From NCBI GenBank assembly GCA_007376265.1, contig VMFW01000001.1, positions 2,455 to 66,454 of the forward strand: DNA of 64,000 nt, written 5' to 3'. This stretch comes from Parcubacteria group bacterium Gr01-1014_20. Its GTDB lineage: Bacteria; Patescibacteriota; Minisyncoccia; UBA6257; 2-01-FULL-56-20. The position numbers were made by a program, and so were the translations under genes. Shown here one piece after another: positions 1 to 9,088 of this stretch; position 1 is the first letter of the stretch, and each line of letters opens with the position of its first letter. The notes below the pieces were generated by a model, which saw only the letters and a program-made list of their open reading frames with translations, was not told where the DNA came from and made no database searches.

Positions 1-5
1 TGGCT

Positions 6-1724
6 TTGAAGTTGGGAGTTTTTATTTCGCTCTTCTCTTTGGTCATACCTAGAGTAACGCACGCTGGTTGGTTGTTCGATCTTGAGGATGCAGCCGCATG
101 GTTATTTGGTTGGATAATGTTCGTGGTGAGTTATTTAATATCGACTATTTTTGGCTTTTTTATCGCCATTCAGGCTTGGGCGATAGGGCTACTCCTCCAA
201 ATTCAATCGGCTCAAAAAATCGTAAACCTGCCGGTCGTGTCGATTGGTCACGAGATGATGCTCTCGCTTGCCAACCTAGGCTTTGTGGCGGCGATTATAT
301 TTATCGCTGTCGCCACCATCCTTAGGCTTCAGACCTACAACGTTAAGAAGACTTTATGGAAGTTAATTATTGCCGCGCTCCTTGTAAATTTCAGCCTGGT
401 TTTTACGGGCGCGATTATGAACTTGTCGGATCAGTTGAGTTTTACATTTTTACAGCAGTTCCCGGGACAATCCCCCGGATCAACGACTGGTTTTGCGAGC
501 GCCATCACAACGGCTTTTTCTCCGCAGAAGTACCTGAATCCTCAGGCTGACCCGGAAGCTAGGGCGGCAGCGGCGGCAAACCCCGCAGGGGTGACAGAAC
601 AATACGCTGGGGCGATATCACAAGTGGACGATGACCATCAGGAGGATATCGATGGAATTGGCCAGCTTCTAGCGCCGATTTTCTCGATGGTGATGACAGT
701 TTTAGGGTTGGGATCAATAGTGATGGTCTTGGGAGCTTTTCAAGTTTTACTGCTCATCAGATACATTGCTTTATCGATTCTTCTTGTGCTGATGCCAATG
801 GTGTGGCTTTTTTGGATCTTTCCGGGGCTTAGTGGGATGTGGACTTCCTGGTGGAAAAACTTTTTCCGGTGGACCTTTTTTGCGCCCATCGTTTTGTTTT
901 TTGTGTGGCTCGTAATTAAAACCGGGGAGGCGATGCAAGCTGGGTCTGCGGGAAGCCCGTTTAGCGGAGAAAACATGAACTTCTCGTCGAGTGATCCAAG
1001 CCCGTTGATAGCCTCTATCTCCAACTTCCTAGGCCAAACTTTCACACCGATTATCGGCACGACTCTGAATGGCTTCGTCTTAGTTGGATTGATGGTGGGG
1101 GGGCTTTTTGCGGCCAACAAGCTTTCGATCACGGGAGCGGGAGCGGCGGTGTCAGCTGTCAAGGGAGCTGGGAAGGGGGCGGCCAAGGGAGCGTGGGGAT
1201 ACACTAAGGGCAAGGCCACATCCACCCTCGGAAGACCGCCGGACCAGGACAAAGCTGGTTTTAAGGGATTGATGCAAAAAATGAATTTAGCCCAGGGCGT
1301 TCGCAAAAGAGTTCAGGATGCGGCCAAAATAGAGCAGAAGGTTGGTATTAAAGACGGCCCGGCCACAAAATTGGCGGCTAAAGGGAAGGAGGCAGCCGAG
1401 GAGTCAAAGAAGCGCGACGAGATGAAAAAGGAATATATTTCTAGGTATGGGGAAATTAAGGGGCGGGCGGCTTACGCGGTGGCTCCAGGGAAACCCAGCC
1501 CAACTCTGGTTCAATCTGTTTTCATTGAGGCCGCGAGGGGAAGCGGGCTTTTGGGAAAGAGCCAAAAGCTAACTAAGGAGCAAAAGAAGATGTTGGGGCT
1601 AGAGGAGAGAGAGGAGAAGGAGGAGAAACCAGAAGGAGAAAAGAAACCGGTTATCATCGCTGGAACCCAGGATGCTTACAACGAAGCAACGGGTGGGGGG
1701 CCGAAAATAATCCCTGGAGCTTAG
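6..1724 (+). CDS. VirB6/TrbL-like polytopic membrane protein with a Lys/Glu-rich C-terminal tail; possibly 5'-partial, since the frame is open to the window edge
   Basis: Possible signal peptide at the N-terminus, six or more hydrophobic helices and a long charged tail; lies in a cluster with a VirB4 ATPase. TTG start at 6. Confidence 0.45.
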   Translation: MKLGVFISLFSLVIPRVTHAGWLFDLEDAAAWLFGWIMFVVSYLISTIFGFFIAIQAWAIGLLLQIQSAQKIVNLPVVSIGHEMMLSLANLGFVAAIIFIAVATILRLQTYNVKKTLWKLIIAALLVNFSLVFTGAIMNLSDQLSFTFLQQFPGQSPGSTTGFASAITTAFSPQKYLNPQADPEARAAAAANPAGVTEQYAGAISQVDDDHQEDIDGIGQLLAPIFSMVMTVLGLGSIVMVLGAFQVLLLIRYIALSILLVLMPMVWLFWIFPGLSGMWTSWWKNFFRWTFFAPIVLFFVWLVIKTGEAMQAGSAGSPFSGENMNFSSSDPSPLIASISNFLGQTFTPIIGTTLNGFVLVGLMVGGLFAANKLSITGAGAAVSAVKGAGKGAAKGAWGYTKGKATSTLGRPPDQDKAGFKGLMQKMNLAQGVRKRVQDAAKIEQKVGIKDGPATKLAAKGKEAAEESKKRDEMKKEYISRYGEIKGRAAYAVAPGKPSPTLVQSVFIEAARGSGLLGKSQKLTKEQKKMLGLEEREEKEEKPEGEKKPVIIAGTQDAYNEATGGGPKIIPGA

Positions 1725-1734
1725 CGGTATCATC

Positions 1735-2757
1735 ATGAACTACTCATTATTTGAACCACAAATTTTAGTTGACCGTTTCGCGTCTTTGCCGGAGAACATC
1801 AAGAGTTCCTTGAATCACCCGAGCGACGCCGAGATTGTGGAACAAATTTGCCGGAATAATTTTTTGGAGGACGGCGACAAGATTTTAATGGTTCAACAGC
1901 TAACAACCTTGGTTTTGATGGGGTTTCTTTTGCCCGAGGAGCTAGGACGAGAAATTGCCAACAATCTTCACCTGAACCTAAAAGCAGGCCAAGCGATTGC
2001 CGAGGAGATTGATCGGAAAATTTTTACTTCGATTCATGCTGATCTAAAGAGAGTTTATTCGCCTCTCAAAGAAGCGGCGGCCGATGGTCCCGGACCAGTT
2101 ATCCTCGGGGTCACTTCGGCGGAGACGGGATCGGTCACAATGATTCCGGGGGGAATAGCGGCCGAGGCCGAGAAAAAATTAAAGGGAGCTTCGATTCAGG
2201 AAAAGATTGCGATTCTTCGAGAGGCCGCGACGGCAGGATTTGCAAGTCAGATTCCAAACATTGAGGAACACCTCAAGGAAAGCGAATTTAAGCTTTATGG
2301 AGAGCAAAAAACTTATCAGGACATCGCCGACCGAAGCGGACTAAGCCTAAAGACAATGGTGGCGGACAAAAAAACGACCGAGAGTCAAGCTGGGCCGGCG
2401 AGTGAAGTGGTTCAGAAAATTTCGGCCTACTTCAAACGCCTTCCCTCGCCCGGTGAGCTGGATTCTTTTTTTGGCGACTCATCTTTGACAAAACTCCTGC
2501 CCTTTGGACTAGACGCAACCGCACTCAAAGAAGTTCAGCTCGAGGTGGTGCGCGGAGTGACTTCGGGTTTTTCGCCGGAGGTGATGGCTAACTTTTTTGC
2601 TCAGCTTGTCAAAAGGGGGCGGCTTGAGAACTTTACTGCGGTGGCTCGCGGAGCAGGACTAAAGGAGTCCGACTTCGCGCCTGACAATTTACGATGGCTT
2701 ACAAACCAAGCGGCTGCGCCGCTTGGGATTGGTCGCCAAACTTTTGGTTTAGCTTAA
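1735..2757 (+). CDS. Hypothetical protein whose N-terminal ~100 aa are paralogous to the next ORF
   Basis: Shared motifs with ORF 2761: ...L(V/I)L(M/G)FL(L/R)PE(E/D)... and ...KIF(T/S)(S/P)(I/L)... then ...R(V/A)YxPL. Tightly packed in the same operon. Confidence 0.5.
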   Translation: MNYSLFEPQILVDRFASLPENIKSSLNHPSDAEIVEQICRNNFLEDGDKILMVQQLTTLVLMGFLLPEELGREIANNLHLNLKAGQAIAEEIDRKIFTSIHADLKRVYSPLKEAAADGPGPVILGVTSAETGSVTMIPGGIAAEAEKKLKGASIQEKIAILREAATAGFASQIPNIEEHLKESEFKLYGEQKTYQDIADRSGLSLKTMVADKKTTESQAGPASEVVQKISAYFKRLPSPGELDSFFGDSSLTKLLPFGLDATALKEVQLEVVRGVTSGFSPEVMANFFAQLVKRGRLENFTAVARGAGLKESDFAPDNLRWLTNQAAAPLGIGRQTFGLA

Positions 2758-2760
2758 CAA

Positions 2761-4146
2761 ATGACAATCACAAAAGAACAGGCTCAAACTCGATTTAAAA
2801 CCCTAACGCCTCTTTTGAAATCGGCACTTTTTTCGGTTCAAACCGCGGAGTCGATCGCAAGGGTGGCCGAACAAAACACCCTGCCAAAAGAAAAATCGAC
2901 CCAGATGGCGGAGGTGGCGGGGCTCGTAATACTAGGATTTCTACGACCGGAGGATGCGGCCCCAGAAATTCAATTGCGACTTGGTGTCCCCGCTCAATCG
3001 GCTAAGAGCATATCGGATTCACTGAGCAGTAAGATTTTTTCTCCTCTCAAGATTGAGATTGACCGAGCTTACCAACCGCTTGCCGGAGGCGACAAAAAAC
3101 CGACTTTTTCAACGGGTTCAACGTCAAAGCCAAGTATTGTGGAGGAGATAAAACAGCTTGAAAAATCTGGCGAAGAACTGGTGGGGGTTTTGAAAAGAAT
3201 GGAGAGTCCGGTTAAACCAGCTCAACCCCCGAGTTTTCCCGCAAGTTCGGGAATGGTGAAGACCCCGGCCGCACCCTTCATTCCGCCTCGGCCGTCAGCG
3301 GTCCCACTCCCTCCCTCTATTGAACTCAAAACAACTCCACCCCCACCCGTCCATGGACCAGTAATCCTCCACCGGGAATCGGAGGCTAACCCACTCGCAT
3401 CTGGCTTGGGTTTTAAGCTCGATATCCCCTCGGGAAAATTTTCGGATCGAGGCGTTACGCCCGAATCTACAGGGAAGATGGCGAGGTTAGAGGTTGGGGG
3501 AATGCAAAAATCGCCTGCCAATGCCACGGCTAGGACAGGCGTGGCGGGAGCGGGGAAAACCTTAAACTACGGCGGAAGTTTTGACCAAAATCCGAGACCA
3601 ACGGTGCCACCGCCACTCCCCATCAGGCCCACAGAGGAACCGTTTTCGAAGTCGGCTTTTGGGGGTTTGCCGCCCGTCATGCCTAAACCCTCTGTCTTGC
3701 CGCAAAGCCCTCAAGTGAACCTTCCGAACCCACCTCGACCCCAGCCACCTCGTCCCGAACAGGCGCCCCCCAACTTACCACCCCTGCCCGACAAAAAATA
3801 TCAAACTATGCCCAGGATAGAGAACAAACCCTCGCCCTTCGGCTGGATAAAATCTCTTTTTGGAAATAAGCAGCGACCCGTTCCTCCCGAAGTTAAGGTG
3901 GTGAACTTGAGCGCGGATAGTCGGCCAACCACCCCAAAAATAGAACTGCCCCAGCCCCAAAAACAAGGGCCGCCGCCAATACCCGCTTCTCCTCGTCCCC
4001 CGACCCCCCCCTTGCCCCCACCGCCAACCCCCGGCCCGAGGAGTAGCTCTCCGACAGTTGACATAAAACTTAAGGCGCCAGCTCCAACCCCGAACCAGAC
4101 CGAAGAAGTGATTGATTTGAGTTCGCTTACGAAGATAAGGAAGTAG
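2761..4146 (+). CDS. Hypothetical protein with a paralogous N-domain and a very proline-rich C-terminal ~250 aa (PPxP repeats)
   Basis: ATG start 4 nt after the previous stop. Long ORF whose proline codons create spurious antisense ORFs. Confidence 0.55.
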   Translation: MTITKEQAQTRFKTLTPLLKSALFSVQTAESIARVAEQNTLPKEKSTQMAEVAGLVILGFLRPEDAAPEIQLRLGVPAQSAKSISDSLSSKIFSPLKIEIDRAYQPLAGGDKKPTFSTGSTSKPSIVEEIKQLEKSGEELVGVLKRMESPVKPAQPPSFPASSGMVKTPAAPFIPPRPSAVPLPPSIELKTTPPPPVHGPVILHRESEANPLASGLGFKLDIPSGKFSDRGVTPESTGKMARLEVGGMQKSPANATARTGVAGAGKTLNYGGSFDQNPRPTVPPPLPIRPTEEPFSKSAFGGLPPVMPKPSVLPQSPQVNLPNPPRPQPPRPEQAPPNLPPLPDKKYQTMPRIENKPSPFGWIKSLFGNKQRPVPPEVKVVNLSADSRPTTPKIELPQPQKQGPPPIPASPRPPTPPLPPPPTPGPRSSSPTVDIKLKAPAPTPNQTEEVIDLSSLTKIRK

Positions 4147-4161
4147 TGGTATATTTTTTCT

Positions 4162-4671
4162 ATGCAGTTTCAGGTTCCTCAATTTATTGAAACGGAGGAT
4201 AAAATTGTTGGCCCGCTATCACTTCGGCAATTTATTTATATTGCGGTGGCGGGAGCGCTTTGCTTTATCTTGTTTTTCGCCCTTAAAACTTGGCTTTGGT
4301 TTATTTTTACAGTCTTGCTCGCGGCGATATCCTTTTCTTTAGCTTTTTTGAAGGTGAATGGACAACCCTTAGTAAGGGTGATTATGGCTGGAGCAAGATT
4401 TCTATGGAAGCCGCAAACTTTTGTTTGGCAGCCGGAACGGAAGACCCCTACGAGAGGGACTGACATGCAACCAGAAAAACCAGCTTTTTCGCTTCAAGAC
4501 ATCATGGCGGGGATGGCTCTTAGAAGCACGTGGCAGAAACTACAGACTGGCAGTCGGAAGTCACCAGCAGAAGAGGTGAAGCCGATTACTCAGAAAATAA
4601 AAGAAAGGTATCAAATTTTCGAGAAAATCACCGGCGAGCGCCAGGCAGCCAGGCGGGTAGATTACCGATAG
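4162..4671 (+). CDS. Small two-helix membrane protein, PrgI/VirB3-like candidate
   Basis: 169 aa with two adjacent TM helices near the N-terminus, positioned immediately upstream of VirB4 as in Gram-positive T4SS loci. Confidence 0.4.
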   Translation: MQFQVPQFIETEDKIVGPLSLRQFIYIAVAGALCFILFFALKTWLWFIFTVLLAAISFSLAFLKVNGQPLVRVIMAGARFLWKPQTFVWQPERKTPTRGTDMQPEKPAFSLQDIMAGMALRSTWQKLQTGSRKSPAEEVKPITQKIKERYQIFEKITGERQAARRVDYR

Positions 4672-4742
4672 CTGGGCATGGGTGAGTGTTTTTTTAAATA
4701 GAGAAACTTTGGGTTTCTCGATTTTGCTTTATAATAATTGGG

Positions 4743-5465
4743 ATGGCCTTAAACAAGCAATTATCAAATACGCAGGACCTGGTGGCGATTGAGGAGATTC
4801 ATGACAACACGGTTATCTTAAAAAGCGGGGCAATGCGACAAGTGCTTATGGTGGGCGGCATGAACACGGCTCTTAAATCGGAGGAGGAGCTGAATTTGAT
4901 TACGACGTCTTATCAGAATTTTCTGAACAGCCTCGATTTCTCGATTCAGATCATCGTTCACTCACGAAAGGTGAATATAGAAAAGTATCTTTCGGGCCTA
5001 GAGGAAAGGCGGCGGTTGGAACAGTCGGCTATTCTGCAAAGTCAGATTTCAGAGTACAAGGAGTTTATCGCTGGCTTTGTTCGAGAAAACGACATTATGG
5101 AGAAGACCTTTTTAGTGGTGGTGCCGTTTAGCCCGAGTGGCCTCGCCGGAGTAACGTCGGCTTCGGGAGTTGCGAAACTGTTTCCTTTCTTCGGTGCGAA
5201 AGGCGATGCGAAAGAGGTGAAGGTCAAAGAGGGGATGGAAAAGGAGGCGAGTTTCAAAGAGAGTTTGGGTCAGTTAAATCAAAGAGTTAACCAGATTGTC
5301 GAGGGCTTGCGAGCGATTGATCTAGACGCGGCAGTTCTAGGCGACGAGGAGCTGATTGAGCTTTTTTATAACTTCTACAATCCTGAAACAGTTGAGCGGG
5401 GAAACCTAAATGTCCCAGTCGAAAAAAACGAAGGCGTTGAAGGTGATGAGGTGGAGAACAAATAA
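4743..5465 (+). CDS. VirB4-family N-terminal domain encoded as a separate ORF
   Basis: Motif ...DNTVILKSGAMRQVLMVGGMNTALKSEEE... resembles the VirB4/TrbE N-terminus. TAA stop lies 2 nt before the ATG of the ATPase ORF, which is in a different frame. Confidence 0.6.
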   Translation: MALNKQLSNTQDLVAIEEIHDNTVILKSGAMRQVLMVGGMNTALKSEEELNLITTSYQNFLNSLDFSIQIIVHSRKVNIEKYLSGLEERRRLEQSAILQSQISEYKEFIAGFVRENDIMEKTFLVVVPFSPSGLAGVTSASGVAKLFPFFGAKGDAKEVKVKEGMEKEASFKESLGQLNQRVNQIVEGLRAIDLDAAVLGDEELIELFYNFYNPETVERGNLNVPVEKNEGVEGDEVENK

Positions 5466-5467
5466 TC

Positions 5468-7183
5468 ATGCCAGGAATCAATTTTAAAGAGACAAAAAAG
5501 ATAATCGCTCCAGCCGGAGTTCAGGTTGAGTCGAACTACCTGAAAATTGGAGATAAGTTTGTTAAAACTTTCTTTATATTTTCCTATCCGAGATATCTTT
5601 CGACAGGTTGGTTCGAGCCACTCATAAACTTGCCAAATATTTTTGATATTTCGATTTTTATTAACCCGGTAGACACCGGGATGGCACTCAAAAAACTCCG
5701 AAAGAAGGCTGCTCAAATCGAGTCGCAGATCAGCGACCAGCAGGAAAAGGGACTGGTGAGGGATCCCCTACTCGAGACGGCATTTCAGGATGTGGAGAGC
5801 TTAAGAGACGCTCTCCAACAAGCGCAAGAAAGGCTTTTTGAGATTGGGGTTTACGTTTCGATTTATGCCGACGATCTGGAGGCCTTGGCTAAACTTGAAA
5901 GTCGAATCGACTCTTTAATGGAAGCCAAACTTATATACATCAAGCCCGCGCTTTTCCAGCAGATTGAGGGGCTGTCTTCAATTTTGCCTCTCGCAAACGA
6001 TGAGGTGGATGTGACGACCCCGATGAACTCGGCGCCGATCTCTTCTTTTTTCCCGTTCGTTTCGGAGGACCTAAACTCCAGCCAGGGCATTATGTACGGC
6101 ATTAACCGTCATAACAACAACCTGATTATTTTTGATCGTTTCTCGCTCGAGAATGCAAATCAGGTGGTTTTTGCCAAATCTGGTTCTGGAAAATCCTATG
6201 CCACTAAGCTCGAGATAATTCGCTACTTGATGATGGGGGTGGATGTTCTCGTAATTGATCCGGAAAATGAATACAAAAAACTCTGTGAAGCGTTTGGGGG
6301 AAGTTTCTTCAATATATCTCTCTCGTCTCACGAACATATTAATCCTTTTGATGTGCCGGTTGTTCCAGAAGGAGAAACGCCAACGGATGTTCTCCGCTCT
6401 CACATAGTTAACCTAGCTGGGTTATTGAAGCTAATGCTTGGAAACATTAGCGTGGAGGAAGACGCGCTCTTGGATCGAGCAATCACTGAAACTTACGCCT
6501 CAAGAGAGATCGTGCCCGGAGAAGATTTCTCCGGAGCCCAACCACCGCTGCTTGAAGACTTGGAAACTGTGCTTCGGAACCTCGAAGGAGGGCGGGGAAT
6601 AGCCGAGCGGCTTTACAAATTTACGAAGGGAAGTTTCGCTGGGTTTGTGAATCAGCCCACCAATATTGATATTGGTAATCGCTTGATTGTTTTTTCTATC
6701 CGCGACCTTGAAGACGAACTTAGGCCGATTGCGATGTACATAATTCTTAACTTCATTTGGAATTTAACTCGGGCGCAACTTAAGAAGAGGTTGCTAATTA
6801 TAGATGAGGCTTGGTGGATGATGAAATATGAAGATAGCGCTACATTTCTTTTTGGGTTGGTGAAGCGGGCGAGAAAATATTACTTAGGGGTTTCCACGAT
6901 CACTCAAGACGTCGAGGATTTCTTAAGGTCCCCTTACGGGCGGCCAATTATTACTAACTCTTCCATTCAGCTACTACTCAAGCAGGCGCCGGCGACGATT
7001 GATATCGTGGCTAAGGCTTTTGGGCTTACTGAAGCCGAAAAAAATATGCTTCTTTCGGCGGAGGTGGGGACGGGGCTTTTCTTCGCGGGCCGGAAACACG
7101 TGGCTATCCAGATTATCGCTTCTTTCTTTGAAGACCAACTAGTGACAACCAACCCCCAGCAACTCCTAGAGGAAAAAGCTTGA
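5468..7183 (+). CDS. virB4: VirB4/TrbE/PrgJ-family conjugation-type ATPase (C-terminal ATPase portion)
   Basis: Walker A AKSGSGKSYATK, Walker B LLIIDEAWWMM, and a YPRYLSTGWFEPLINLPNIFDIS segment typical of Gram-positive VirB4. SD GAGGTGG lies upstream within the previous ORF. Confidence 0.85.
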   Translation: MPGINFKETKKIIAPAGVQVESNYLKIGDKFVKTFFIFSYPRYLSTGWFEPLINLPNIFDISIFINPVDTGMALKKLRKKAAQIESQISDQQEKGLVRDPLLETAFQDVESLRDALQQAQERLFEIGVYVSIYADDLEALAKLESRIDSLMEAKLIYIKPALFQQIEGLSSILPLANDEVDVTTPMNSAPISSFFPFVSEDLNSSQGIMYGINRHNNNLIIFDRFSLENANQVVFAKSGSGKSYATKLEIIRYLMMGVDVLVIDPENEYKKLCEAFGGSFFNISLSSHEHINPFDVPVVPEGETPTDVLRSHIVNLAGLLKLMLGNISVEEDALLDRAITETYASREIVPGEDFSGAQPPLLEDLETVLRNLEGGRGIAERLYKFTKGSFAGFVNQPTNIDIGNRLIVFSIRDLEDELRPIAMYIILNFIWNLTRAQLKKRLLIIDEAWWMMKYEDSATFLFGLVKRARKYYLGVSTITQDVEDFLRSPYGRPIITNSSIQLLLKQAPATIDIVAKAFGLTEAEKNMLLSAEVGTGLFFAGRKHVAIQIIASFFEDQLVTTNPQQLLEEKA

Positions 7184-7220
7184 GTGTGATCGGGAGCTTC
7201 AAGGTGGTAGAATAATATAT

Positions 7221-7784
7221 ATGGAAGACGAGCGTGATCATGAACCACTAATATCTCTGGTTGAGATTTTGATCATTGCCCCCTACATACTGGTAATCGA
7301 TATTATCGGAATACTTTTGGCGTTTTTGGCGTTGGATGATTTTTTCATTTTGGACATTTTGATGTTGCCGGTACTAGGATACCTCTGGTTTAAGGGGGTG
7401 CCGCTTACGAGATATGTTTCTTCGGCTATTGGGGAGGCGATACCGTGGATAGGAGATTTGCCGCTGTATTCGGTTGGTTTCATTTTAACGATTGTTGCGG
7501 ACAGAAACCCGAAGGTGGGGGCGGCCCTTGGAGCGGCCACGGGTTCAACGGCACTTGCCAAGGGGGCGGGAGGAGTCGCCAAGGGCGTGCAGGCGGAAAA
7601 AGGAGCGGTGGCTAAAGCTAAGGACTCGCTTCCAAAGAGGTCTCCGGCGACCCAACAGGCAACCGGACTGGAGGCCGATAGACCGCTTAGGGGACTAAAA
7701 GATACGATGGAGAAGGTTCCAGAATCAAATGTGGTTGATCTGCGCGGAGAGGAAGAGGACGATGAATACGGGATGGTGGCTTAG
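7221..7784 (+). CDS. Small membrane protein with a Gly/Ala/Lys-rich tail and acidic C-terminus
   Basis: Two or three TM helices. Its KGAGGVAKG-type motif resembles the one in the VirB6-like protein. Confidence 0.5.
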   Translation: MEDERDHEPLISLVEILIIAPYILVIDIIGILLAFLALDDFFILDILMLPVLGYLWFKGVPLTRYVSSAIGEAIPWIGDLPLYSVGFILTIVADRNPKVGAALGAATGSTALAKGAGGVAKGVQAEKGAVAKAKDSLPKRSPATQQATGLEADRPLRGLKDTMEKVPESNVVDLRGEEEDDEYGMVA

Positions 7785-7836
7785 GTTCTCGGTGGATCGC
7801 TGTTGATGAATATATGTGTGTTAGTTGTTATAATTG

Positions 7837-8520
7837 ATGGGAATGAATAAAAAAGGAGCTCTTTTTATAGTACTGTTTTTTTTCTTAGCAGCCTTCGCTT
7901 ACGTCGCTCGTGGCCAGACTTTTTCTCCTTCGGCAATTCTCACATGGCGGGCGGCGACTTTTTCACCGGCCAAATACCAAGGCAAAAACCTACCAACAGC
8001 CGGTGCTCAAATAAATTTGTCGGTCGAAGTGATTAATAAGGGGGTTTTGCTTAATTTAGCGAAGCAGAACATTCTGTGGTATTTGGGTGACGAACTGATC
8101 GCAAGTGGCGAGGGAGTGCGGGAGGCGATTTTTAGACCAACGAGAGACGGCCTTCAAGACGTGAGGGTGGAGGTTTGGTCACAATTCGGAAAGGTTTCGG
8201 CGGGAACAAAAATTCCGGTTGTGTGGCCGGAGGCAGTTGTCTCGGCGCCGTTTCCCGGGGGGAATTTTTCTAAGACAAACCTGACGGTTAGAGGATATCC
8301 GTATTTTTTTAATGTGGCTAATTTGGCTGATCTCAACTTTGTCTGGAAGGTAAATTCTAAAGAAGTCGGCGCGGCGGGTGACGTTGATGTCTTAAACCTA
8401 AACGTTGATCCGAAGGCGGCCCAGGGCTTTAGGTTGAATGTGGGTTTGAGTATCACAAAAAAGGCCGGGGACAAACAAGGATCGAGCAAGGAGGTGATTC
8501 TCACCTACAAAAAAATTTGA
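7837..8520 (+). CDS. Secreted protein with a signal peptide, function unknown
   Basis: N-terminus MGMNKKGALFIVLFFFLAAFAYVARG. An extended -10 element TGtTATAAT lies upstream at about 7815-7823. Confidence 0.5.
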   Translation: MGMNKKGALFIVLFFFLAAFAYVARGQTFSPSAILTWRAATFSPAKYQGKNLPTAGAQINLSVEVINKGVLLNLAKQNILWYLGDELIASGEGVREAIFRPTRDGLQDVRVEVWSQFGKVSAGTKIPVVWPEAVVSAPFPGGNFSKTNLTVRGYPYFFNVANLADLNFVWKVNSKEVGAAGDVDVLNLNVDPKAAQGFRLNVGLSITKKAGDKQGSSKEVILTYKKI

Positions 8521-9083
8521 TGGCGCGGCTAGTAGTTCATAAAACGATGGTTTTGATCTTTCTCTCCGTTGGTCTAGTGGTCTTAGGTTTGGGGTCAACC
8601 TTGGCGGCAGAGACAAACATCAGCGTGGGTATTCCGGGGCCTAACGATACGGTGGCCGAGGGGAGCGCCAACCCGGCTGGGGTGGTGGCGAATGCCTATC
8701 AGTTCGCGCTCATGATCGGGGGGTTAATGGCTTTTGTGATGATAGTTTACGGCGCCGTAAAATACACGGCGGCAGGCGGAAACAGTTCGGTTCAGAGCGA
8801 TGCCAAAGACCGGATCACGCAGGCGCTTTTGGGGTTAGCGCTTTTAGTTGGGGCGGCCATAATTCTTTCGACGATAAGCCCCCGCTTTAAATTAGAAAAT
8901 GGTGTTTTTACACTCCCGACGATTCCTTCTGGGCAGCAACTAGAAGAAGAAACGAACGCGCTTTTTAATCCTTTTCAAAATAACCCGCCGGGACAGTGTG
9001 GTCCGGTTGGTAGTCCCTGTACGTGCCCAGGCGGAACGAGTGGTAGTTGCGCCGCCGACGGAAGGTGTACGCCCTGTACATAA
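8520..9083 (+). CDS. VirB2/TrbC-like pilin candidate with a Cys-rich C-terminal extension
   Basis: Long signal peptide, then two hydrophobic helices (ANAYQFALMIGGLMAFVMIVYGAV and ALLGLALLVGAAIILSTI) separated by a charged loop. The tail has 6 Cys in CGPVGSPCTCPGGTSGSCAADGRCTPCT. Confidence 0.45.
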   Translation: MARLVVHKTMVLIFLSVGLVVLGLGSTLAAETNISVGIPGPNDTVAEGSANPAGVVANAYQFALMIGGLMAFVMIVYGAVKYTAAGGNSSVQSDAKDRITQALLGLALLVGAAIILSTISPRFKLENGVFTLPTIPSGQQLEEETNALFNPFQNNPPGQCGPVGSPCTCPGGTSGSCAADGRCTPCT

Positions 9084-9088
9084 ATAAT

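Noticed and set aside
3222-4182. Antisense ORFs (3222-3527, 3775-4182, 3801-4064, minus strand) inside the proline-rich gene
   Set aside because: They are Gly/Arg-rich mirror images of CCN-rich proline codons on the plus strand, with no start context. The plus-strand ORF is far longer and sits in operon context.
5450-5470. Programmed ribosomal frameshift joining the two VirB4 ORFs
   Set aside because: No slippery heptamer or stimulatory structure is present. The +1 shift would need Lys-tRNA repairing on AAU. An SD before the downstream ATG favours reinitiation or coupling instead.
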